Source of the DNA: Trueperaceae bacterium
GTDB taxonomy: Bacteria; Deinococcota; Deinococci; Deinococcales; Trueperaceae
Length of the DNA: 64,000 bases
Direction of reading: 5' to 3'
Assembly (NCBI GenBank): GCA_965214405.1
Contig: OZ243956.1
Coordinates: forward strand, 1,504,001 to 1,568,000
A program made the translations under genes and the position numbers. Below are positions 9,566 through 18,009 of this stretch, piece after piece. The notes beneath the pieces are model-generated. The model saw only the letters and a program-made list of their open reading frames with translations. It was not told where the DNA came from and searched no databases. Within the stretch, counting starts at the first letter, position 1. Every line of letters starts with the position of its first letter.

Positions 9566-9684
9566 TCCGTTATTCTAACCCTGTTGATGTGATGTTGGTC
9601 ACGTGCGTAGGGCTCGTCTGCGAAAGATTCGCGCGGTTCTGGTAAGCAAATTTTGCTCGAGAGCATTTCATGTAAGCATCTCGC

Positions 9685-9720
9685 ACAGCCTCAACAACAG
9701 CCTCAACAACAGCCTCAACA
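9685..9720. repeat. Exact tandem repeat 3 x 12 bp (ACAGCCTCAACA)
   Basis: Read directly from the sequence; intergenic. Confidence 0.95.
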
Positions 9721-9736
9721 GGAGTCGGCACACCCT

Positions 9737-10546
9737 TCAAAGAGCGTCTGCGGAAGGCGGGTGCTTCTCCTCCTGACGCACCGCCCGAAGGTCGCGCAGC
9801 ACCTCCTCGGCGCACGAATGGCGCTCTTCCGGGTTTTTGCGAAAGAGCTGGTCAAAGAGCGCGTCATAGGGTGCCAGCGCCGCGCGGAACTGCGAGGGAG
9901 GTTTGGGCAGCGCGTGACGGTGTGCGCTCAGCACCGCCTCCACACTTCCCGTAAAAGGCACCTCGCCCGTTACGGCGCGGTAGAGGATGACCCCCGCCGC
10001 GTAGAGGTCGCTGCCCGGTAGGGTCCGTTCGCCGCGCGCGCCCTCCGGGCTCAAAAAGGCGGGCGTGCCCTTAAAGCCCCCTCCAGCCGCTCTCCGGTGA
10101 GGGTCGTCCGCGCGCACAGCCAGATCGAAGTCGATAAGGGTTGCGTGGCCGGACGCGTCCACGAGCACGTTCTCCGGCTTGACGTCCTGGTGGATGACGC
10201 CATGCGCGTGGAGGTAACCGAGCGCCTCCAAAAGTCCCGTAAAGGTATCTAAAAACGCGTTTGTCGCACCCTCCTCCGGCCAGGTGAGCGTGCAGCCCTT
10301 TACAAAAGGCGTCAGCACGCCCGGCAGCCCCGCCACCTCCACCTCCCGCAGGACCGGGTTGAGGTGCGGGTGCGTTAAACCTCGCCCCAGCGCCACTTCC
10401 CGCGCCGCGCGCCACCGCAAGGACGCCGGGAAAAGTTTGAGCACCCGCACCACGCGGCGGTCGCTCACCAGGTACACGCGCGTCTGCGCCCCCCGCGCCA
10501 GGCCGCGCAGGATGACGAAGCCGTCGTCAAAGGAGGTGCCGATCAT
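9737..10546 (-). CDS. Hanks-type Ser/Thr protein kinase (soluble, kinase domain only)
   Basis: VLK, IHQDVKPENVLV, LIDFDLA, GTPAFLSPE and SDLYAAGVILY subdomain motifs. Confidence 0.88.
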   Translation of the reverse strand: MIGTSFDDGFVILRGLARGAQTRVYLVSDRRVVRVLKLFPASLRWRAAREVALGRGLTHPHLNPVLREVEVAGLPGVLTPFVKGCTLTWPEEGATNAFLDTFTGLLEALGYLHAHGVIHQDVKPENVLVDASGHATLIDFDLAVRADDPHRRAAGGGFKGTPAFLSPEGARGERTLPGSDLYAAGVILYRAVTGEVPFTGSVEAVLSAHRHALPKPPSQFRAALAPYDALFDQLFRKNPEERHSCAEEVLRDLRAVRQEEKHPPSADAL

Positions 10547-10737
10547 AGTAATCTAGCCAGCGGTGTACCACGAATGGTGTGTGACTCTGCGTGGGTTTTG
10601 TCACCGACGCAAGAACACTCGCTCGTACACACCTTTTGGGACACCTTTTTATCCTACGCCCCGAGAGGCGGCAAGAGAGCGAAGACTGTTACTTCTGCTT
10701 GCGGCACGCTCCACAATTTTGTATCTTGATAGAACAA

Positions 10738-10850
10738 CCGTGTGGCTAGGGTTCCGCTTTTAACCGGGGTCTGGACCGAGCGCCATTCAAAGTTGCTTCG
10801 AGCAACCACCATCTGAAGGATAAAAGCCTTGCAGTAGCGCTCTAGCACGG
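10738..10850 (+). ncRNA. ykkC-family riboswitch (variant, subtype-2-like)
   Basis: Hallmarks CTAGGGTTCCG (10746-10756), CTGGACCGAGCG (10771-10782) and GATAAAAG (10819-10826). Pairings: P1 GTGGC/GCCAT, P2 GTTGCT/AGCAAC, P3 CTGAAGG/CCTTGCAG. Promoter TTGCGG-17-TATCTT (10699-10727) lies just upstream and a transporter lies downstream. Confidence 0.8.
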
Positions 10851-10938
10851 ACCACCCGTGTCAATCACGACTGGAGGGCTATGTCATGTTAGGAGTCACG
10901 TTAAACAGCCTCACGCCCTCCGTCGCCAGGAGGTAGAC

Positions 10939-11402
10939 GTGCAAATATCGCTAGCAACTCTCTCAATCGCCTTTGTAGGTGGGCTCGCCATTGCTCTTCA
11001 AGGAACCCTTAACAGTGTAGCCGGACGAGGTCTGGGCGCGGTAGCTACCGGCCTGTTAGTCAACGCCGCCGGAGGCCTACTCTCTATGCTCGTGCTATTT
11101 GCGCTCCGCGGACGCCTCGGCATGGAAGGTTCGTCGCTTCGCTCTTTGTGGCCTGTGGTAGTAGGTTCAGGTGCAATCGGCATCGGCATTATAACGGCAT
11201 TATAACGGCGGTTGCCTACGCATTTCCGCGCACGGGACTAGCCGCGGGATTGGCGACCATCATTTTAGGACAAATGGGCTTCGCGGTCGTTATCGATGCG
11301 CTCGGCTGGACAGGCGTTAGTGTTGCAGTAGATGTCCGGCGCATCTTTGGACTTTTACTTCTCACTGCGGCATTGTGGTTCTTGCTACCCCAACCAAACT
11401 AG
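10939..11402 (+). pseudogene. DMT family (YdcZ-like) transporter, frameshifted
   Basis: RBS AGGAGG then GTG 10939; GLAIALQGTLNS and GLATIILGQMGFAVVIDALGW motifs. The frame is broken by an 11-bp tandem duplication GGCATTATAAC at 11185-11206. Confidence 0.8.
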
Positions 11403-11427
11403 ATGAGTGAAAAAGCTTGTGGCGGAG

Positions 11428-12231
11428 TTACAAACCTTCGCGGCGCTGCCGCAGCGCCTCATAAACGAGGAGCGCCCCGGCGGTCGCCACGTTGAGCGAG
11501 TCGGCGAGCCCGCGCATGGGGATGGCGACGCGCGTGGACGCAGCCCTCAACCATAAAGGCGACAGCCCCTCGTGCTCGGTCCCCAGCACAATCGCCGTGG
11601 CACCCTGGTAATTGGCGTCCCAAAAGCTCGCGTCGGCCCCCGGCGAGGCGGCCACGAGCTTGAAATCTCGCGCGCTCAGCCACTCGAGCAGCGTAGGCGC
11701 GGCAACCGTCCTTACCGGGCGGGAGAACACGCTGCCCATCGAGGCGCGAATCACGTTGGGGTTGGTGAGGTCGGTGCCCTCGCCGGTCAGGAATACGGCG
11801 TCAAGCCCCGCGCCGTCGGCGGTGCGCAGGAGCGCGCCCAGGTTGCCGGGTTTTTCGAGGCCGTCCAGCACCAGCACGAGCGCGTTTTGAGAAAGCTCGA
11901 GCCCGCCTAACTCACGCGGCTGCACCGCCGCGACCGCCAGCACGCCGTCGGGCGCGTCGCGGTAGCTCACGCGCGAGAAAGCGTCCTGGGAGAGTTCGAC
12001 TGTGTCCACGCCCGCGCTCTCTAATTCAGTTGTGAGCGTGTCACCCTCGGGGCGCATAAAAACAGGGCAGACGTAGAGCGTCAGCAGGGGCACCCCCGCC
12101 TCCCGCGCCCGCCGCGTCTCGCGCGCCCCCTCGATAAGGTAGCGCCCTTCACGGTCGCGCACGCGCCGCTCTTTAAGGCGGACCAGGCCCTTGACCTCGG
12201 GATTTTTGGGGCTCTCGATGCGTTTACGCAT
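11428..12231 (-). CDS. TrmH/SpoU family RNA methyltransferase
   Basis: LDGLEKPGNLGALLRTADGAG, VLGTEHEGL and IPMRGLADSLNVA SPOUT motifs. Confidence 0.92.
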   Translation of the reverse strand: MRKRIESPKNPEVKGLVRLKERRVRDREGRYLIEGARETRRAREAGVPLLTLYVCPVFMRPEGDTLTTELESAGVDTVELSQDAFSRVSYRDAPDGVLAVAAVQPRELGGLELSQNALVLVLDGLEKPGNLGALLRTADGAGLDAVFLTGEGTDLTNPNVIRASMGSVFSRPVRTVAAPTLLEWLSARDFKLVAASPGADASFWDANYQGATAIVLGTEHEGLSPLWLRAASTRVAIPMRGLADSLNVATAGALLVYEALRQRREGL

Positions 12232-12311
12232 GAGGCATCTTAACGGCAGGTTTAACGCGGCTCCCGCTCGTTGGACAACCTCGAGACGACCCGCAGAGGG
12301 TAAACTGGCGC

Positions 12312-13148
12312 ATGAGCAACCTTATCAGCGCCCGAGACCTGCACGACCGCTTGAACAACCCCGACTTAGTCGTTATCGACACCCGCTTCGACTTGCAACA
12401 TCCCGACAGAGGCCGCCAGGACTACGGGGCGGGCCACATCCCCGGCGCGGTTTATATGGACTTGGACAAAGACCTCGCCGCCCCGCCCGAAGCGCACGGC
12501 GGGCGTCACCCGCTGCCCGACATGCAGGGGTTTGCGAACACGCTCGAGTGCGCCGGGATAAGCAACAGCAGCGTTGTGGTCGTGTACGACGACAGCAGCG
12601 GCGTTTTTGCAGGCCGCCTCTGGTGGATGCTGCGCTACAGCGGTCACGACGCGGTAAAGGTTTTAGACGGGGGTCTCGGCGCTTGGCAGGAAGCGGGCTT
12701 TGAGACCTCGGCGGAGGTTCCGGTCGCGGAACAAGGCGTGTTTACCCTCGACCTCCGGCCCGAGATGGTCGCGGACATGCGCGAGGTGCGTTCAAAATTA
12801 GAAGACCCCAACACGCTTTTGGTGGACGCGCGCGGGGCCGAACGCTATCGCGGCGACAGCGAGCCGCTGGACAAAAAAGCCGGGCATATTCCCGGCGCGC
12901 TCAACCTGCCTTTTGCCGAAAACTTGCAAGAGGGCCGCTTCAAGAGCGCGGCGGCGCTTAGCGAGCGTTTTGAAGACCTGTCCGAGGCGGAAGACGTCAT
13001 CGTCTACTGCGGCTCGGGCGTCTCGGCGGCGCACGACCTGTTGGCGATGGACGAGGCGGGGTTAAGGAACGCGCGCCTGTACGTCGGTTCCTGGAGCGAC
13101 TGGAGTTCGTATGATGACGCGCCCGTGGCGACGGGCGAGGAGGCTTAA
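12312..13148 (+). CDS. Two-domain rhodanese / 3-mercaptopyruvate sulfurtransferase
   Basis: GHIPGA occurs twice, GGRHPLP, active-site VYCGSGVSA, LYVGSWSDW. Confidence 0.92.
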   Translation: MSNLISARDLHDRLNNPDLVVIDTRFDLQHPDRGRQDYGAGHIPGAVYMDLDKDLAAPPEAHGGRHPLPDMQGFANTLECAGISNSSVVVVYDDSSGVFAGRLWWMLRYSGHDAVKVLDGGLGAWQEAGFETSAEVPVAEQGVFTLDLRPEMVADMREVRSKLEDPNTLLVDARGAERYRGDSEPLDKKAGHIPGALNLPFAENLQEGRFKSAAALSERFEDLSEAEDVIVYCGSGVSAAHDLLAMDEAGLRNARLYVGSWSDWSSYDDAPVATGEEA

Positions 13149-13220
13149 AGGTTGGGGGTCGAGGTTCCTGAAAATCAGACCGAGAACGGAGGCTCGAGCC
13201 CGTCCACTACCGAGATAAAC

Positions 13221-13907
13221 ATGAACGACTCCACTTCCGCAGATTTTGTCACGCGTCTGAACGCCCGTTTGCGCGAACCCGTCAACGCCCTCACGCACTT
13301 CGCGGGCATCCTGCTGAGCCTCGCCGGGCTGGTGCTCTTGCTGGTTTTGTCCAGGGGCGAGCCGTGGCGCACCGCGAGCTTTGCGGTGTACGGCTCGAGC
13401 CTTGTGCTGCTCTACACCGCCAGCACGCTCCTGCACGGTCTTAGAGTTAGTCCGCCTAAAGAGCGGATGCTCCGCACGCTCGACCACGCCGCCATTTTCG
13501 TACTTATCGCGGGGTCTTATACGCCCATCACGCTGGTGACGTTGCAGCGTGACAGCGCGGCCTGGGGCTGGGCGCTTTTCGGTGTCGTCTGGGGCGTCGC
13601 CGCTCTGGGCGTGGTGTTTAAGCTTTTTTGGCTCGCGGCCCCCCGCTGGCTCTCGACCGGGCTTTATCTGTCGATGGGCTGGATGGCGGTGTTTGCGATT
13701 GGCCCCGTGTCGCGTTCTCTCCCGCCCGGCGGCTTGTTCTGGCTGGCGCTGGGCGGGGCTTTTTATTCGGTCGGCGCGGTTGTCTACGCGCTCAAAAAGC
13801 CCAACCTGAAACCGGGCTTCGGCTACCACGAGCTCTGGCACCTGTTCGTGCTGGCGGGCTCCACGAGCCACTTTATGATGATGCTGTTCTACGTGCTGCC
13901 GTATTAA
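13221..13907 (+). CDS. Hemolysin III / PAQR family membrane protein
   Basis: EPVNALTH, LDHAAIFVLIAGSYTP and HELWHLFVLAGS motifs. Confidence 0.92.
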   Translation: MNDSTSADFVTRLNARLREPVNALTHFAGILLSLAGLVLLLVLSRGEPWRTASFAVYGSSLVLLYTASTLLHGLRVSPPKERMLRTLDHAAIFVLIAGSYTPITLVTLQRDSAAWGWALFGVVWGVAALGVVFKLFWLAAPRWLSTGLYLSMGWMAVFAIGPVSRSLPPGGLFWLALGGAFYSVGAVVYALKKPNLKPGFGYHELWHLFVLAGSTSHFMMMLFYVLPY

Positions 13908-13972
13908 GGCGTGTCAGGGGGATTGACAGGGGGATTGAGTGGTGGGGAGGCAAGGGAAAATCCCCACTTCTC

Positions 13973-14443
13973 CTAGTCCTCGAGCCCCAACGCCGTCCGG
14001 TCGTAATACACCCGCTCGCCCGCGAACTTTTCGGCCTCCGGGTTCCAGGGAAAGTGGATGATGACGTCGAACTCCACGCGTTTGCCCGTTGCTTCGAGCC
14101 CCGCCCACGGCCCCTCATGCGTGCCCGTCAGCGTCGCCACCTCGAACACGCCCTGCGGCCCGATGACCACGTCGTACATGTCGAAATGTACGTCGGGAAA
14201 CGCGCCCAAGAAGCTCGTGTAAAAGGCGCGCGCGCCGTCGTGACCCTCCCAGCGCTCGCCCGTCGGCGCGAGTTCGTACACGCAGTCGGGAGCGAGGGTG
14301 GCGATGAGCCCGTCTAAGTCGCGGGCGTCCTCGGCCTTGGAGTGCGCTATCCACAAGCGCCTGATCTTGTCGTAGAGTTCGGGCGTCACGTCCCGCTTGA
14401 GCCGTTCTTGGATGGTGCTGGACGGGTTGGCTACCGTTCGCAT
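13973..14443 (-). CDS. SnoaL-like ester cyclase / NTF2 family protein
   Basis: HSKAEDARDLDGLIATLAPD, FLGAFPD and GTHEGPWAGLEATGKRV motifs; RBS AAGGAGG. Confidence 0.85.
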   Translation of the reverse strand: MRTVANPSSTIQERLKRDVTPELYDKIRRLWIAHSKAEDARDLDGLIATLAPDCVYELAPTGERWEGHDGARAFYTSFLGAFPDVHFDMYDVVIGPQGVFEVATLTGTHEGPWAGLEATGKRVEFDVIIHFPWNPEAEKFAGERVYYDRTALGLED

Positions 14444-14689
14444 GGGTGCCTCCTTCGGGTACCCCTTATACCATCCGGGGCCGTCGCCGAAGGTTACGCT
14501 GTGCGGGCGGGTCGGTTGCGAGCATCTGTAACGCGAGGTTGGGAGGCGAGACGGCCCAGGGCCAGACCGGCGCAACAACGATGAAATTTTTCACAAAACG
14601 TAGCGAAGCACTAAAAGGTGAGAGGGCGCGCTCCTTTAGGATGAGGATGAACTTTCTACAAAAGTAGAAAACTTTTCAAAGGGGGAAAC

Positions 14690-15196
14690 ATGAAAAAACT
14701 ACACGTTTTACTCATTGCTGCTCTTGCCATTCTCTTTGCAGCTTGCGCACCCGTCACGGACGCGGACGACAACGACGCGCTTATCGAGAGCGACGCTCCA
14801 GTCGCCGCCGCAGACTGCTCGGGACTTACAGGCGACTACACCGCCACCCGCTTTGGCTACACCAGCGTAAGCGACCCGGGCGTGACCAGCACGTTTGCCG
14901 ATACCGGCGCGAGCTACCGGCTCGGGTTTAATGACGGCAATTTCAACTCGACTTTCGCCGACCCGCAGACGGGGGCGCTCGAGCAGACAGGCGCTTACGG
15001 TTACGAAGACGACGTGCTCACGCTCGGTGACGACGCGTCGGGGGCGTTCTTTCCGGGAGCCGCGGGCGGCGCGCAGCGTTACAGGTGCGAAGTGCGCGAC
15101 GGCGGCTTCGTCCTCTCGAGCGATGAGCCCGTCGGTTACGACTTCGGCGCGGGCGTTGAAAACGCCGTGTTCGAGGGTGAATTCAGCAGGTTCTAA
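14690..15196 (+). CDS. Hypothetical lipoprotein (beta-rich, possibly lipocalin-like)
   Basis: MKK plus a hydrophobic stretch and lipobox FAAC; one further Cys pair; terminator follows. Confidence 0.7.
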   Translation: MKKLHVLLIAALAILFAACAPVTDADDNDALIESDAPVAAADCSGLTGDYTATRFGYTSVSDPGVTSTFADTGASYRLGFNDGNFNSTFADPQTGALEQTGAYGYEDDVLTLGDDASGAFFPGAAGGAQRYRCEVRDGGFVLSSDEPVGYDFGAGVENAVFEGEFSRF

Positions 15197-15234
15197 GTTA
15201 GCGCGTACAAATTGATGTTGGCGCCCTAACATTC

Positions 15235-15263
15235 AAAACCCCGCCCAAGCAGGCGGGGTTTTT
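15235..15263. terminator. Bidirectional intrinsic terminator
   Basis: AAAACCCCGCC-loop-GGCGGGGTTTTT between convergent genes. Confidence 0.85.
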
Positions 15264-15287
15264 CTGTTTCCAAGATTTTGTAAAACC

Positions 15288-16071
15288 CTAAAGCTTGTAG
15301 ACAAATCCCGGCCCACCCCGGTACATGCCGCCGTCCACGTTGACGCAAAGCCCGTCCGCGTAAACCTCGGCTTCTGTCACCGCCTCGGCCTCCAAGGCCC
15401 GCCCCTTGCTGATGGGCGTGTGACCGTGGATGATTTTCTGCCCGCCGTAAAGCGATAAGAACCTTTTCGGCCCGCGCTTTTCCCTCTTCGTCCCGAAAGG
15501 CGTTGTGTTCGCCAAAGGCGTCTAGCAGATGGTGAAGCGCCTTTGCGTCGTCTCCTTTTAGAATGGTAGCGAAAGCGGTGTTTACCTCCTCCACCGTCGC
15601 GCCGTACGCTTCGTAAAGGCCCGCGTCGGCGTGGACGAGAAGGGTTTCACCCGCGCGCAGCATCGCGGGTAAGCTCTCCAACCAGGCGACGTGGCGGGGC
15701 GTGAGGTTCTCTAGGTCTTCCTCCGCGCCTCCGTCTTCTCGCCACCGCGCCAGAAAGTCAACCGGGCCGCCTTTTAGAGAAAGGTGACCGAAGCGCCGCG
15801 CCGCGAGTATGAGCACGTCGTGGTTGCCGAGCAGCGCCGCCACCTCTCCTCCCGCCGCCGCGGCCTCCGCCTCGAGCCGCATCGTCAGATCGACCGCGGC
15901 CAGACCGTGCGGGCCGGGCGTCGTGCTGTGACCGAAAAAGTCACCCATGAGAAAGAGCGCCGCGTCCTCGCCCGACCAGGCGAAGGTGCCGTCCACCAAA
16001 CCCGCCCCCTGCAAGAGCCGACAAAAGGAGGCGAACTGACCGTGGACGTCGCCAATCACGTACTGAGCCAC
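15288..16071 (-). pseudogene. Calcineurin-like metallophosphoesterase with a single frameshift
   Basis: IGDVHG, MGD, LGNHD and VHAD lie in one frame; the C-terminal IIHGHTP and VDGG motifs lie in another. The switch maps to the T4 run at 15464-15467. Confidence 0.75.
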
Positions 16072-16213
16072 ACCTTAAGCTTAGCAGACGAAGATGGTTC
16101 AGCCATGCGGACGGGTGAGCCGCGTCACACCCGCCGCCCGGCGAGAGTGACAGGCTGGGGGGAATGCTCGAGCCCTCTTCGCAAAGCCAAGCCGCCTATC
16201 GCCGCGTGTTCCG

Positions 16214-17380
16214 GTGAGACGTTTTCTTACCCAGTCTCTCGCGGTGGTCGCTGTCACGTACGCAGCGGGTATGCTCATACTGGCGCTGCTGTGGTCGTTT
16301 GGCCCCACGGATGTGGAGTGGCTCACGCTCTCAAGTATAGCCGCGCCTTTTTTGTTTTTGCCGCTCGTCGCGCTGCTGCCTCTGGCGCTCTTTGTGCGCT
16401 CGAGGGGGTTACGCGGCGCGGTACTCATCCTTTTGGGACTTTTCGCCGTTCTTTTCGGCGCGCGCTTTCTGCCGCCTCGAGCCGCGTCCGCGGAGGGTAT
16501 GTTAACGCTTCGCGTCGTGACCTTTAATCAGCTTTACACGAATGAACGGGTGGAGGAGGTGCTGGACGCGCTTTCGGCTCAGGACGCCGACGTTATCGCT
16601 CTCCAGGAGCTTTCCCCCGCCGTGGCGGACGCTTTGCAGACGCGCCTCAAAGACATGTACCCGTACGCAGACTTTCGCCCCTCCAGGGAAACGGAGGGCG
16701 TCGGCCTCTTTAGCCGCTACCCCATCACCGACGTGATTTACAAGTGGAAGCCTCAGGTGCAGCGCGCGACCGTCAACGTGCGCGGCGCGGACGTGACTGT
16801 CCTTAACGTTCACGCGCCCGCCCCCTACCGCTCCGGCTCCACCGGGCCTTTGGCGGCTTACGACCCGCAGCAGCGCGAGCCGCGTTTTGAAGTGCTGCTG
16901 AGGCGCATCGACGAGGCGACGGGGCCGCTCGTGGTGCTGGGCGACTTTAACTTGAGCGACCGCGAGTGGCGCTACAACGATGTGAGCGCGCGGCTGACGG
17001 ACGTGTTTCGGACGACGGCTCGAGGCTTCGGCTTCACCTACCCCAACTACACGCGCGTGCGCGGCGTGCCGGTGCCGCCTCTCGTCCGCATCGACTACGT
17101 GTGGGCGGGTGGCGGCGTCGTGCCAATAGACGCGAAAGTTGTATGTGAGGGCGGCTCGGACCACTGCATGGTTGTGGCGGAACTTGGCGTGCCTGATGAG
17201 GCGAGGGTAGCGAACGCCAACGCTGAGACATTTTCCGAGAACGTCGCAGAAAGCTCTACCGAAAGCCCCACCAAAAATCCCGCTGAAAATCCCACTGAGA
17301 AGCCTTTTACCATTACCGTCAACTTCACCGCCGCGCCCGCCCCGGACGCCACCGGAGGCGCGGTGGTGCGGACGCCTTAG
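16214..17380 (+). CDS. Endonuclease/exonuclease/phosphatase family protein with N-terminal membrane anchors
   Basis: RVVTFN, DVIALQE, NVH, LGDFN, RIDYVW and GSDH motifs; low-complexity C-terminal tail. Confidence 0.87.
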   Translation: MRRFLTQSLAVVAVTYAAGMLILALLWSFGPTDVEWLTLSSIAAPFLFLPLVALLPLALFVRSRGLRGAVLILLGLFAVLFGARFLPPRAASAEGMLTLRVVTFNQLYTNERVEEVLDALSAQDADVIALQELSPAVADALQTRLKDMYPYADFRPSRETEGVGLFSRYPITDVIYKWKPQVQRATVNVRGADVTVLNVHAPAPYRSGSTGPLAAYDPQQREPRFEVLLRRIDEATGPLVVLGDFNLSDREWRYNDVSARLTDVFRTTARGFGFTYPNYTRVRGVPVPPLVRIDYVWAGGGVVPIDAKVVCEGGSDHCMVVAELGVPDEARVANANAETFSENVAESSTESPTKNPAENPTEKPFTITVNFTAAPAPDATGGAVVRTP

Positions 17381-17388
17381 GGTCTGTA

Positions 17389-18009
17389 TTACCGAATCAA
17401 CATCACGTGGACCACGCCCGGCCCGTGGACGCCCGTCGTCAGCGTGAGCTCGATGTCGGCGGTGCGGCTCGGCCCGGTGGCCTGCACCCAGGCGCTCGGC
17501 AAATTGTCGGACGTTCCATGCTCAAATGTGTGGCGCTCCAACGCCTCCGCCATCGTCGGCACGAGCTGCGACACGCGCAAAAGGGCGATGTGCGTCATCG
17601 GCAGGAGCGACGCCTTGCGGCCCGCGTCGCTCGTCAAAACGAGCGTGCCCGTGTTGGCGACGCCAAACGCCGCGCCCGTGAGGCCCACGTCCGCCAGCGC
17701 GGGGTCCTGGGCTTCGGGGATGGACACGGCGCTCATCACGTCGTCTACGATGGCGTCGCTGCTGCGGATGAACGTCTCTGCGCCAAGGTCGTTGAGCAGG
17801 ACCTCGAGCCCCGCCCGCGCATCCTCCAGGGTGTCAACCACGTAAACATGACCGCCGACAAGTTCCAATTCCTCACAAAATTCCGCCACCAGCACCTCAG
17901 GGTCCCAAGCTTGGAGGGGCTCGAGGAGCGCGGGCGGCGCCTCCGTGGGCGCGCCCTTCTCGCGGTGCAGCGCGTCCCGCACGCGGCCTAAGAAGTCTTC
18001 GCGGGTCAC
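17389..18009 (-). CDS. lutC: Lactate utilization protein C (LUD domain)
   Basis: TGPSRTADIELTLTTGVHGP motif; third gene of the lut operon. Confidence 0.9.
   Translation of the reverse strand: MTREDFLGRVRDALHREKGAPTEAPPALLEPLQAWDPEVLVAEFCEELELVGGHVYVVDTLEDARAGLEVLLNDLGAETFIRSSDAIVDDVMSAVSIPEAQDPALADVGLTGAAFGVANTGTLVLTSDAGRKASLLPMTHIALLRVSQLVPTMAEALERHTFEHGTSDNLPSAWVQATGPSRTADIELTLTTGVHGPGVVHVMLIR

Noticed and set aside
8811..9578. This and the many other long ORFs overlapping annotated genes (e.g. 31977-32933, 42061-42996, 51980-52867, 59792-60634)
   Set aside because: These are expected stop-poor alternative frames in high-GC DNA. The opposite or alternative frame carries clear family motifs.
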